NCBI RefSeq assembly: GCF_001186125.1
Contig: NW_014040348.1
Coordinates: forward strand, 1 to 42,465
Direction of reading: 5' to 3'
DNA from: Sphaeroforma arctica JP610
Taxonomy: Eukaryota
DNA length: 42,465 nucleotides
Below, piece by piece: positions 15,559 to 27,446 of the stretch. Positions within the stretch are counted from its first letter, which is position 1. Every line of letters starts with the position of its first letter. The notes under the pieces were generated by a model, which saw only the letters and a list, made by a program, of their open reading frames with translations, had not been told where the DNA came from and did not search any database. The position numbers and the translations under genes are program-made.

Positions 15559-18303
15559 TTGAATATTCCAGGTAAAGCCATGTATTCCTTGACAAGACAT
15601 ACATGTGAAGCGGTATTCGGAGACTCTTCAAATTCTAAATGAACTCGATGTCGAGAGCAACATTTGTCAGCTATATCCTCCAATCGTCGTGAATACATGC
15701 GCAAAAGAAAACCATGAACATGCAAAATCTGGACTCCGATTACCACACTGCCAAGACTTGTACACCGTCAGAACTCCGCAAATACTTGGCAAATCATAAA
15801 GTGACCGCTTTCATCAGTACGTACCCGTTGCCGGAAAGTCCGTACCCATTGCCGGAAAGCAATCACAATGTACATTAGCACTACAGAATAAAGAAGGAAG
15901 TTAATTCGCATGTGAACAACTTGTATATGAACTCTATCACAAGCTTATTCATCCCACCCCACAAAATGCAATAAATACTACCGCAAAATGATGTAGCTTC
16001 ACTTGAATCACTACCCCTGAAAATATGGTAGGTTTTGTGTACATATCTACTAAAATCTACTATATATATATATATATATATATACTTGGAAGGTAAGTGA
16101 CACCTAAAGAGCTGTTTAAACTATCAGGGTGTTAGTTCCTGACATGTGACTTCAGTTTTCTATTGTCTCTATAATGAGCTAGTCAGAGCTGATTATCGTT
16201 CTTGTGGAGTTTGTAGTATACTAAGTGGTTGGTTGGTTCAGTCATTTGACTATTTTACTACTTCCTGCTTTATCCCTCCTACCATACATAACTGACCCCA
16301 TTCTCATTAGCATCGCTGCGGATTTTGTGTCTAACAGCGTCGTTTTCCTGCTGGTGGGAAGTGTCTGAGCGCACTGAATGGCTATTAAGCTCTGCATTCA
16401 ACTTGTCTAAGCCTGTACAGCAAGCACGAATTTGAAATTCACTAAGGCGTCTCTCGAAAACAATTCTAACCGACTCTAAACGGGAAAAGCGACGAACAGT
16501 TTTCAATCTGCAGTTCCTATTGCCAGTAGAGGAGTGGGAAGTCCCTATGCTGTTGCAACATATGCTCGATCAGAAGTTTGGCAGTATTTGAGAACATGAG
16601 ATGTGTCACCAAATAACTGTCGATACGTGATTATAGTATCTGGTATCTCTGCTCCGACATCTGTACTTACAAAGGGTAATCTGCTAGCTTATATTGCTTC
16701 TAAATACTTCAAACTTTTGACATCGAAACCCTACACGTCACCATTGTATTTGTCATTGTCACATCATCCCCAGCTAAAATATCAACTGGGCCTATTTCCA
16801 CTGGTATCCCGTTTTTAGTGTTTTTTTAATTCTTAACTTGCAGCAGACTATTGTCTTGAGCAGCCACAACTGTGTATATATATTGGTGTACATACGTGTG
16901 CATATTATATTGCATATTTATTGTATATCGTTTACCATTACCATATGCTCGTATATTTTTATACTATACAAAGCCAAATTTGCACCCAAGTCAAAAAAAG
17001 AACCATAAAAATTTAGCCTGACAAACTTATCGCCAGCCTCCGGATGGCCTGAGGATCCGTCGGCCGACCAGTGGAGACCCTGACAATTGGCAGGTCACTA
17101 GTATGAGACCCTGACACCTCTTTGGCTTACAGGCATGATTATAGAATCAAACCAACGAAGTAAATTCAAATATTTATGTGTCTCCGTGTGATGGATATAG
17201 TTTATCGGCTGTAGGATTGCTGGGTATGGTTAGCTGATAGTGAGGCAACCATTTTGTCGTGTCAAAATGAACAAACGTTTATGCGATATAGCCAACAAAG
17301 CAATGTATCTTAAAGCCCCGACCTTGGGTTATCAGCTGAAACGCACCCTGGAGCTTACGCCTATAATGCTGATATGAAAAAAAATTGCTATATTAACTAC
17401 CTTTTTTTAATAAAAAAATTCTTTTTTAAAGTTTTGAATTCTGAATAAATACAAAATGGTTGAATCTTGCTATATTGTAGAATATTTTCTTATTCCTATA
17501 TCATATATTCTCTGGAATACACCAACTTTGTATTTACTTCTTTTGCTGGGTAAAATACACATATTATTGTCTGTATTCACTCTACTATCATACGTTTTGT
17601 GTGTTTCAAGGAGAGGCAGTGTGTGCTAACCTATCATCGTACAATCTACGACTAATAGCATTTATAACTATGTTGTCAACTAACTATCTGTAATTATTTA
17701 TGCTTATTAATTTGGCGTACTAGTTTGGTGTCTACTCCATGCTTTGGGTTATCGCGCATGCCTTTTGAACTGGGATAGTTTTAGTCGACTTTTGCAGTAT
17801 ATTTGCCACAACTAAGACGTTGTTGGATAACTCCGTGCTGGGCTGCTTTTTGGTGGTTGAATGGAAGGTCACAGAACTTGTTTGCAAATCTGCTATGACG
17901 TTTCTTTTACATATGCCTTTTAAAACAGCCCTTGGAATTTGATTTTGTTTTTCCCTTAGGTTGTTAGTCCGGTTTAGTATGTACAGTACCTCCAAATTCA
18001 GCATTGACTTATCTTCAAATAACAGACACATTTAATATTTTGTGCGGCCTTTTTCTAAATCCGCTTCGTCTTTGTTATAGTTTTTCACTACCTCTACTAA
18101 AAATAATAGAAGAAAAATTTATTATTTATGAGGTTGATTAGTGCTGAGAATATATTAATCAGTCACAGTGAAAATACAAACTGACAAATCCTTTCAACGG
18201 GTTAGTTTCAATAGCAGCTTTGTATGGAGACCTCTCGGAATGAGTCGTAAGGTCAGAACGAAAAAAAGGAAATAGCTTAGGGGGTGCGAGGGCGACAGAA
18301 GTG

Positions 18304-19605
18304 ATAGGGATAATATTATTTATTTCAAAAATGGCAAGTATGTATGATACAATGTATGAACATATGGTATGGCTCCCATAGTCGCTGTAGTGGTTCAGGA
18401 AAGATTGATAGGAAGAAGTGGTCAGTAAATTCCCGTTTGAAGCTTGGGCCAAGTGAGTCGACAATGAAAGATATGTGCTGAGTCAATTCGGGCCGGTGTT
18501 GACAAAACACTGTTACTATCGAATGTTCCATATATTCGCTTGCTGACCTACTAAGTAGAGTACCCATCTCTGTGGTACGGATCGGGTCTGCGCCGTGTAG
18601 TGCCGCGGAATGGGTTAGTGCAGAGTACAAAATACCGAGAAGGACCAGGTTATCCGTCATAATCCGGTCGAGAAGCGAGGATGGGGGTAAGCCAATGCCG
18701 CACCAGACCACGGATCAATTCGGTATGTGTTGGCTGGCCTGAATCGGAAGTATCATAGTCGGAACCAACAAGGGCGATGATTTGGTTTGAACCGATATTT
18801 GGAAGTAGTACTTCAACAGCGTGATTAGCCGGGGTATGGGGAACATCTGTTGATGTGTCAGGGACGGGTGAGGGTACAGTGGTTCTTCAACATGCTNNNN
18901 NNNNNNNNNNNNNNNNNNNNNNNNNNNNNNNNNNNNNNNNNNNNNNNNNNNNNNNNNNNNNNNNNNNNNNNNNNNNNNNNNNNNNNNNNNNNNNNNAAAG
19001 CGCTCGAATAGGGGGTTCAACGCATCCTCCCATATAGGCGGAGCCCAGGCAATAATGTTCAGCCCATATGTAGCCGTGGATAGGATGAATGTTTTGAACA
19101 TCACCAGTCGGTTGCGGGGGTGTCACCAGCTGAAGCCATGGCAGCTATAAGCGCGGAAAAAGGCGATACCCAGTGACAATGCTGCAACCAGGGATTCCAT
19201 ATGTCTAGCGAGGTTGATTCCTGGTACTCCGTGAGAGAGTGGGAACTCCAGGTATTTGGAGTGTTTCGGTTCGGCATATGTGGGCGCCAGTTTCAGGGGG
19301 AGATAACGTGTGTTCCAAGGTGCGTCTGCAAGCGTCGGCGTGATAAGCTCACCATTTATACGGAGGGTTGGCGCCGCGTGTCGCAAGTCGGTAGATCGTA
19401 CTCGGGGTTTAATGTCACCCTCTTCGAGGCCAGATTTGCGTCCCCACGCATCAATGTCATCTAAGAAGGGCTGGAGCGAAACCGATCGAGGGGCTTGGAT
19501 CCGTGTGTCATCGACAAATAAATAAGAGCGGAGGAGCTTGGGCCTAATACTGTACGCAAAAAATCTCGGCAGTTTAGCGCGGAAAAAAGAGGTTGGTGGC
19601 ATCAT
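18304..19605 (-). mobile_element. 5'-truncated, degenerate non-LTR retrotransposon (LINE) with the C-terminal half of RT; contains a 100-N gap (18897-18996)
   Basis: LFVDDT (YADD-type) ...LQPFLDDIDAWGRKSGL...KYLEFPL, then frameshifted MFKTFILSTATYGL, typical of LINE RT and thumb. AATAAA lies near the end. The 3' end is defined by the copy at 13347-13427. Clade not determinable by eye. Confidence 0.85.
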
Positions 19606-20299
19606 TAATCAAATAATATGTATTCAACAGCGCAGTCATTTGAGCCTTGTATACAACTGCCCCCTTTTGAATATCTCGACGGACAACATATAAGCTCGTG
19701 CGGAGTGGTAAGGCTTAGGCCCAACTGCATACCAGCTCACCTACTCTATTCCCGGGAGTACATTTAATGTCCAGAAGTTTCAAATAGCTTTCAATGTGGT
19801 GCGGAATCATTGCGTGTTTATAAGTGCATTGCATAATACAGATGCTCATATGGAATTCTTAAAACAACGAATTGTTTTAACCATTGCAGATATATTGGTG
19901 TAAGAGTCGTAGCACTGAGATTAGACAGCTGTCGGATATAATGAGGAAGCTGTGTCTTACGAAATGAAAGCCGAATTATTGTGTACCCACCCACCGTACA
20001 AACCAATGAAGAGCATTCGTGAGCATTGAAATATTCACGAGCTGGGAAACGGATGTGTACCTCGGTTTCGAATTCGACAGACTCAACATCCCCGGTATTT
20101 TTCACTTACAATTCATGGAAATGTTTGTATGTATTTATTATATGATGTACAAATTGTGTAAATCAAGATTTCCGATTTCTATGTTGTCCTTCATGAAAGG
20201 AATATAATATTTCATCACTGCTTCCTAAAAACTAATAAGACAAAGCCAAAGTATGTTTACCACGAACTAATGCCTTTTCCCCCCTTCATATATCAATGC

Positions 20300-23200
20300 C
20301 TTGACAGAGTTTGATTTAATCTGCTAATACAGTTCTGATATGTCATCTTGAAAACAATGAAAGTAGAGGAATCGTCGAACTCGTAGCGATGTAAAAGAGA
20401 TTGAAGATTGGAACCACTTTGATATCCAATGACTATGGACATTACATAGCTGTTTCTAGTTATAAGTACTCTGTATCGTAGCCTATTCGATTTTTTCTTA
20501 TTCAATACACGGATATTACTGTACATGTTGTGTATTGAAACCCGTGAATAATAATGATGTGAATAGAAATTATAATTTTCCATCATATTACCAGACGCAT
20601 GCCAAACCAGAATAGAGAACGCAAATCGATCGATAAAAAATGTATGTAACATACTATTCAAAGATTTGTCCAGGCCTGATAAATACTCTCAATTGTAAAT
20701 TAACATAATTTAAAGCTCTATGCCATTCTGCACAGCACATCATGAATACACTTCCTCCAAAAAAAAAGTACTTATTTACCACAATATTGCACCAGGCAAG
20801 CAATCATATTAGCAATAGATTGTAGATTGAAAACAAAAAGTTGTGTTTTTGTAATGATCTATCATTCTTGAAATTCAAGTATCAATATTTGTCCTAATAC
20901 TGAATCAGTGTACACGTGGTCCAGCCGTGGCACAGGTACTACTGTGGAGCCTGGAAGGTTGCAATGTACGTCAGGAGGTATGTTCGCGTTGGTATCTAAG
21001 AGATCTGTAAGTGACTTTATGAAACCTTCTTGTCCATACACAGGATCCTTTTCATGTGGCGTGAGGAGTGATTTCCATTTTGCATCTGTTGGTATTAGTG
21101 GATCGATTAATCCTGCTATGTATATATATGTGTGTGGTAGAATGTACATATCAAGAAGTGTTGGTGCCTTCATGTCAGGTAGATCTAATACTTTATACTT
21201 CAAAGCACCGAGATGTTTTCTACCTCCATAATTAATGTCACAAACTTCGGTTGACCCTGTGCGTTGTATTCTTGCATCTGTTTGTGCTAATTGTATATAA
21301 ACCGGTTGCGCTCTGACGGAGAGATATTAATTATGTTATTACACTCTTGTCCATGCATGAGCGTTGTGCGCCGGAGTCTACTAGTGCATTGTATGTATTG
21401 CCACTAATTTGTATGTCAATGTGTAAACGTTGGTCTCGTGGTGCGGGAATTAAGGATAAAGGTTGATAATTTAAATCATTTGCATTTACTAACAACGTTT
21501 CTTCATCTGTATATACATGAGCCTGTCAGCCAGGTCAATCATATTTGCTTCCGCCCACCAGTTGTTTCAGAGTTCATCACCCTCTGTGACACCATCTACC
21601 TTGCCGGATGTGATGGACAGTCTTGCTATTTGCACATCCTTCTTGACTTGCTCATCAGCCTGCTTGGCCTGATTCGTAGCCTTCTTGGGACATAGACTGA
21701 ACCGATGTGGGGCCGGCATCTCCTTACAATAAAGACATGCACGCTTCTCACGCGCCCCTTTCTTCTCTTGTGTCTGTCCTGTTGGCTTAGTTTGATTGGG
21801 TACACCGTTGTCCGGTTTGTGCCGCTTGTTTGTAGTGGTAGTTCTACTCTGAGCCTGGCCGTGGTTGGTTGCCTGTGCATTGTGTCGCTTGCGCTGCTCT
21901 CTTAGCTGCTTTCATATCATACGATCACCTTGCACTTTGGATGCCGCTCTTATATTTGACTCAGTCATAGTGTGAAACTTAGTATCGATATCCGATAAGT
22001 GACCCTCACTCCCATCAGGTTGTATATCTGCCTTGATGAGAGCATCCACTTGCACTTGTTGTCCGTAATACATTAGTGCTTGGTATCTTTGGACTTTGAG
22101 AAGTTGAAAGTGTATGGGTTCTTTGTCTGAGTTGCGGCAACGCTCCTCTAGCATCTTCATTGTCTTCTGCGCACGCTCTGTGCGCCCTTCAACGTTCAGT
22201 GTCTTGTTCTGCATGTCATTGAGAAACTTCTTTAACAGATAGTCTACCGCATGAGGCCTGAGCCTATCAATAATCATTCTATTGAATTATTCAGGGTCCT
22301 TCAAATGTTTGGTCGTGTGCGTCTCAGAGTCTCTTATGTTATCGAGCAATGCCTAGGTCTTTTCCGTTGCGTCAGTAGAATCTAATAAGTTTCTCACTAG
22401 TGCTGGGTACTGACACAGTGGCATGGACTTTGTTCAGAATAAGTCTCAATATTTCGTAGTGAATTCTATGATGTCTTCGTAATTTTCCATTCTGAAGTGA
22501 CTATCCCTAGGGAGCTTTGAAAATTTTGAAGTCTTTAGTAGTTTTGCGAGGGCAGGTTTATTTATCTGGTCGCCTAAGCGTGAACGCATGAGCTCTAACT
22601 CACTAATGCAATGACTTATTTGAATGAGTTCATCTTCCTCATTGTCACCACAATCATTGACAGCTAAGTCATATCATCGTCTGAGTTCTTTGTCAACAAG
22701 TGACATGCGTCGTTCTGGTTGTTGGTCATGAATGCCTACTCTCATCTTGTGTACAGTCGGTATAGGCACTGGTGTTGGTTGTTCCAATATGGTCACAAAC
22801 GTACTAACCAGAATACGATTACCTTGGCAGATGCTCTTGTCTATTGCTTGACGCATTGCTGAGGCTGGTATGGGTACGCCAGCCTGTGTAGGCTGGACGG
22901 AACCACTGTCTAAGCTTGCCCCCCCCTCATTGGGCTGACACTTGCGCCATCTGTGCCCACACCCTCTTCTTCACCACCACACACGCCTGCTCTGGTTGCC
23001 GTTGTCATCTTGAGATCTCTGTGATGGTGTGTGTGTATTGCGGGTTATTAGTAAAGATTCTTGCTATATTCTGTGCAAATCTGCGTTTCACCCCCCTTGT
23101 CTTTGGTAATAATTCGTATAAAAGAAATAAAATCTTGATCTATCTCACTTACTTTTATTGTGGTCTCGCTTTGCTATACTTCCGTTAAAAGTGTTGACCT

Positions 23201-23600
23201 TCCTGTGTGATACGCTAGCTTGTTGCTTTGTTCCCTGTATGTTTGAGGGTTTAAATGATGTTTGTTAGTCAAGCCTATTTCGTCACGTGTGGACTTACTT
23301 GTGTGTTTTTGTCAAATGAGAAATTATTTCCTCATGTGTGATCTTAATGAGATGTTCGGTCTCAGTGACGTCTCTGAAAAAGTTCGGTGCTGTTGATGGC
23401 CCTTTTTATGTACCGAACATCCAGGCCTCAGTAGGCTGTGGCTTTGTTTGTGGTGTACCGAACTTTTGTGATTTATTCTGTTTGAATATTCTTATATTGT
23501 TAGTCCGCTGTAGTTTATTCCGTTGAATATTTGTGAGTACCAAACTATTGTATTATTAGTCTGTTGTATACTTGTACTAGTGTATGTTTTAGTTTGTTGT
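20300..23600 (-). mobile_element. Degenerate Ty3/gypsy relic C (gag, zinc knuckle, protease, possibly decayed RT); boundaries approximate
   Basis: Gag-like ORF 21912-22277 continues in frame past a stop to CLYCKEMPAPHRFSLC (21690-21737). The protease RDQRLHIDIQISGNTYNALVDSGAQRSC has DSGA at 21367-21378. Faint RT traces (SIDLRSLFW, VRRFL) lie at 20350-20650. No LTR found. Confidence 0.75.
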
Positions 23601-23852
23601 ATGCTTGCCTCTGTACTAGATGATGGTAGCATCCACCATCGGGGACCACAAGGACCAAAGCCCAAACGTAATAGAGTAACCGAGTAACATAAAACGTCTG
23701 AGTATACTTTGTCTAAGAGAATATAACATAAACATTGAGGCCGTTATATGATCGAAACCCGTTTCGCTTCTTTTCGCTTGTACAATTCATGTGAGCTTTT
23801 TGAGTCTATGTGCTAATACCACGTATAAGCCAACATTGTAATTTCCAAGCTC

Positions 23853-23865
23853 AGGGGGGGGGGGG
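23853..23865 (+). other. Polypurine tract (A-G12) immediately upstream of LTR A
   Basis: aagctc AGGGGGGGGGGGG cta, followed by the inferred LTR start. Confidence 0.65.
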
Positions 23866-23868
23866 CTA

Positions 23869-24769
23869 TATAAAAATAACGGGTTCCTATTAGTAGTTGC
23901 ACAGTTAACGTATATTATAAACGTATAAACTTATAAACGTTTATACTATAATACTGTAATGCGTTTAACGAATTGGACATGGACAAGAACTGAGAAATTC
24001 AAGATTCTGAACATGTGATAGTACCCAGTAGAGTATGGGACTCTACTGTGGACAATTAGGTGGTTTTCCAAATATAGATTGGTTTTTCCACTGAAATTAT
24101 AATTGTACATAATATAGGAACGACACCAATCTGACACCTGAAAATGACACTTTGGGAATCTCTAATTAATGGGAGTACCATGAGAGAGAGTCTCAGGCAT
24201 GAAATGGTTGTTGGTACAAATATATGGTATAATTCGATAATGATCTCAGAGCAAGATAGTCCACTGAGAAAAGGACAGGATCAGAGTTGTTAGAATTTAG
24301 GACAACATGGTTTTGATTCCTCCTAGCCAGCCAACTAGATGTGCCCGTTTATGCCTTAAATGGGATGGGGAGCTAGGTACCAAGTGATGGGGTTTAGGTA
24401 CAGATGTATACTGCACCAGCTTGGTGTTTTGATTTTATTTTTATTTTCTTAAGTTGGACTTCGAGGTATTTTATTGGTTAGTTTGATTAGGTAATTGTTT
24501 CGAGGCGTGAAATGTACACTATGCGTCCAATGAAATGATATGTAGTCTTAGTAACTAAAACATAAATAAATCTAGACCGAAGTAGTGATTGATTAGAGCG
24601 GAGCATATAGACAATAGTCTAAGTCTAAAATCCCCTAATCTTTTGCTCATTACCAAGAGCTGAAGCTAAACTTATTTAACATTTTGCATTTTAACGTATT
24701 AACGTATTGTCTTATTAACATAAACGTCTTGGTATCGTATAGTCAGCCTAGAGGAGACCGACTTTTACA
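23869..24769 (+). repeat. LTR of gypsy element A (~901 bp)
   Basis: 3' end TTTTACA is fixed by the match to the 31620-32032 copy. 5' end TATAAAA (mutated TGTAAAA) is the inverted repeat of TTTTACA, follows the PPT and aligns with the start of LTR B. Confidence 0.8.
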
Positions 24770-24801
24770 TATTTTTAAGCTTATAATACGCTATCGATAT
24801 T

Positions 24802-27446
24802 ATGACAAAAGGGAAAAATAAGGCAGAGAATGTAGCTAAGGCCGCAAACGTGAAAGGGTTTACTGTAGGCGATGAAAAGCAGAAAACACCCCCGGCACCA
24901 TCAGTGGAAGCTGAAGCAACTGAGATCCCGCCGGTACAACCGGTACCAACTCTGACTAAACGGAAACGTAAGAAGTTGGTTGACTCGGGTGTAGGTGCAT
25001 CCGGAGGTAATGTGACTACGGAGCCACAGAAGCCACCAGCGAAGTAGGCAAAATATCGACAGGGAAAAGCTGAGAAAACGCAATCCTCGGAAAATTCAAC
25101 TTCAGAGGAAGTGCGACATGCACTGGAATCATGTGTATCGTCCCCACCAGTGGACACGCGCACAGCACGTAGGCGAGATCCTACTTATCATATGATAGCA
25201 AGGGATAGGAGAGCCTTCCTGAATAACTACCAACCAATGGTACATGAATTGAGTCCTACTAAGCAGCGGAAGAAAATGCAAGCCGCAGCGAAGGATCAAA
25301 GCCATGGTGAATCAGGGAAGGATGACTAAAAAACCCTAAAACCCTCGGAGCCGATAGCACAAACACTGTTGAATCAACCCCAAATCGACGTATTGGAAGA
25401 ACAACTGCGTTTCGTGGATATAGGTCCGAACGATGTGGACCATACCCTTCACCACCAGGACGACGATTCGAACACCAGGTTGGACTCACAATTCCTGCGC
25501 TTACCCAAAACACCACTCCGACCGGCTTGGCGACAAAACTTTGATTTGGGCCATCCATACCAGACTCAGATTGATATCCAGGAGGAGGGTCAACGAGAGT
25601 TGATCCGTCAGCGGGCCAACCGGGTATGGGTGTTTCGAAATACGTATGGAACGTACTTTCCGGACGCAATGAAGACCAAACCGGATGGTACCATCTCACC
25701 GAGGTATGTGAAGAATGCTGCGGTAAGAAAGTTTGGGTACGATTTGTTTAGGGATTCTAAATATTACAATAGGCTAATATCAATGAAAACTGACGCGGTA
25801 AGAAAGTTTGGGTACGATTTGTTTAGGGATTCTAAATATTACAATAGGCTAATATCAATGAAAACTGACGAAGGTAAGCAAGCACGCAAACTTTTCCGTC
25901 AGTTTCAAAAGATACTACCGAAGGGTTTAGGGTTTAGGGTTTTCTAAAAACCCTAAAACCAAATCCACCACCGGAAGGAAATCCACAGAGTGCCCCAGAG
26001 GTATTTCCGAAGGACAAACCGACCGAAGAGCCTAAACCTAATCAGGTGGAAGCTAGAAAATTTTTGTCGTCATTAGGAGACAGTTCGCCCCCAGCAACTA
26101 TCCCAACGACGACAAAAGATGCTGTCCCATCAGAAGCGTTCATTCACATTGAACAGGTCGATGGATCAAAGGATGAGACAGACAACTGACTGCATGGTCA
26201 GATGCAGTTAGAAAAGAAGCAATCAGATCACTCTAGTAGTGATCTGAAAATTGCTGAATTCACTGTTCAAATGAACAAGGCTGAGGCAGCTTCACTCGAG
26301 GCGATGGATCTTACGCACCTCCAGACTAAGATTGATTCAGAACTAAAAGTGATTCAGACCGAGAACGCTGTGGAAGGCAAGAAGTTTGCAAAGGACATAG
26401 GTAAACTACCAACGACATACAGATCTGATCGAAAGGACCGAAAGGATCCAATCCATACTAGCAGTCTGGCGTTGTTATCTAGGTCTTTGAGAGAGTTTGG
26501 ACAGATTATGATTACAGCCAATCTACGGAAGAACCTATGGTTCGAACCAGTGCATCAGAGCTTTAAGCCGTCCTCTTACAAGTATAACAAGTTAGAGAAG
26601 GCGAAACAAGCGATCACTAAGCTGAAAACGTGGAAAGAGCAGAGTGAGATGATCGTCCACTTATTTTCGACGGACCTTCGACCGGAATTGCTTGTATCGA
26701 TCATAATACCACCGGAAGAAGGAACGCCGGTGTCCCACTACTTATTGGAGTTGGACACACACATGTCATAGGCACAGACACAGGAGATGTCACCTGACAA
26801 ATTATCCATGTGTGTACTATGGGTACAGACAATCTTTTGGTCAAACCTACATAGGAGAGATCAAGGGATCCTGTACGCTGATATGCATCAATCTTACCCG
26901 AACAAGGTACGAGAGATCTCCATTGAAGGACCTACCTACGGCATAATAAAGCTAGCGGACTTAACCTGGGCTAAAATTTACTTGTGAGCGGATCAGACGT
27001 TTACCAAACGCCCTAGTTCCGTGGTGAAAGTCACTAATGCTCAGAGGAAGGTCGGCGGCAATCTTACCGGGGGATCAGGCAATGTTCGAGACTCTTAGTC
27101 TACTAATGGAGGTCAGAAGGTAAACAAAGGGGGTGACAAGGGTGGCAATAAGAACAAAAATACAAATAGTTCTGAAAGCCACAAGAACAATGTCATCCTT
27201 AAGGGTAACCAGACCAACAGAAATGGACCGCCGGCAAACAGCCCTAAGCCCAGGTATAGGGAGGTCAAGAACTGTAGTGAGACTGATTGCAATTGGCGAA
27301 TGACCCAACATGAGCCGAATGGCAGATGGAATGGAAGGCACGCAGAAAGGTGTAAGCACTTTATCGAGAAGTGTGCCGACTGTACCGGGACTGGAGGTTA
27401 CCACAAGCATACATGCAAGGTGAAACTAAAAGTTGAAGTTAAGTGA
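24802..27446 (+). pseudogene. gag: gag of element A (~880 codons) with several in-frame stops, a frameshift near 25945 and C-terminal Cys/His motifs
   Basis: ORF fragments at 24802, 25111 and 25369 share a frame. Fragments at 26202, 26787 and the knuckle CADCTGTGGYHKHTC (27372-27416) share the pol frame. Ends at TGA 27444-27446. Confidence 0.75.
25720..25869 (+). repeat. Perfect 75-bp in-frame tandem duplication in gag A
   Basis: AVRKFGYDLFRDSKYYNRLISMKTD is encoded twice (25720-25794, 25795-25869). Confidence 0.97.

Noticed and set aside
17732..18100. Possible BED-finger or DNA transposase remnant
   Set aside because: Only a vague KRHM*KKRH segment; no DDE motif or terminal inverted repeats seen.
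18154..19611. attaatca at 18154 and 19604 as a LINE TSD
   Set aside because: AT-rich 8-mer that conflicts with the 3' end implied by the 13347-13427 copy. Not excluded, but unsupported.
23813..23827. ctaataccacgtata, similar to ctaatgacacgtata just after the 3' LTR (32033-32047), as a TSD
   Set aside because: It is not adjacent to the LTR start, is imperfect and is longer than the 4-6 bp expected for gypsy.
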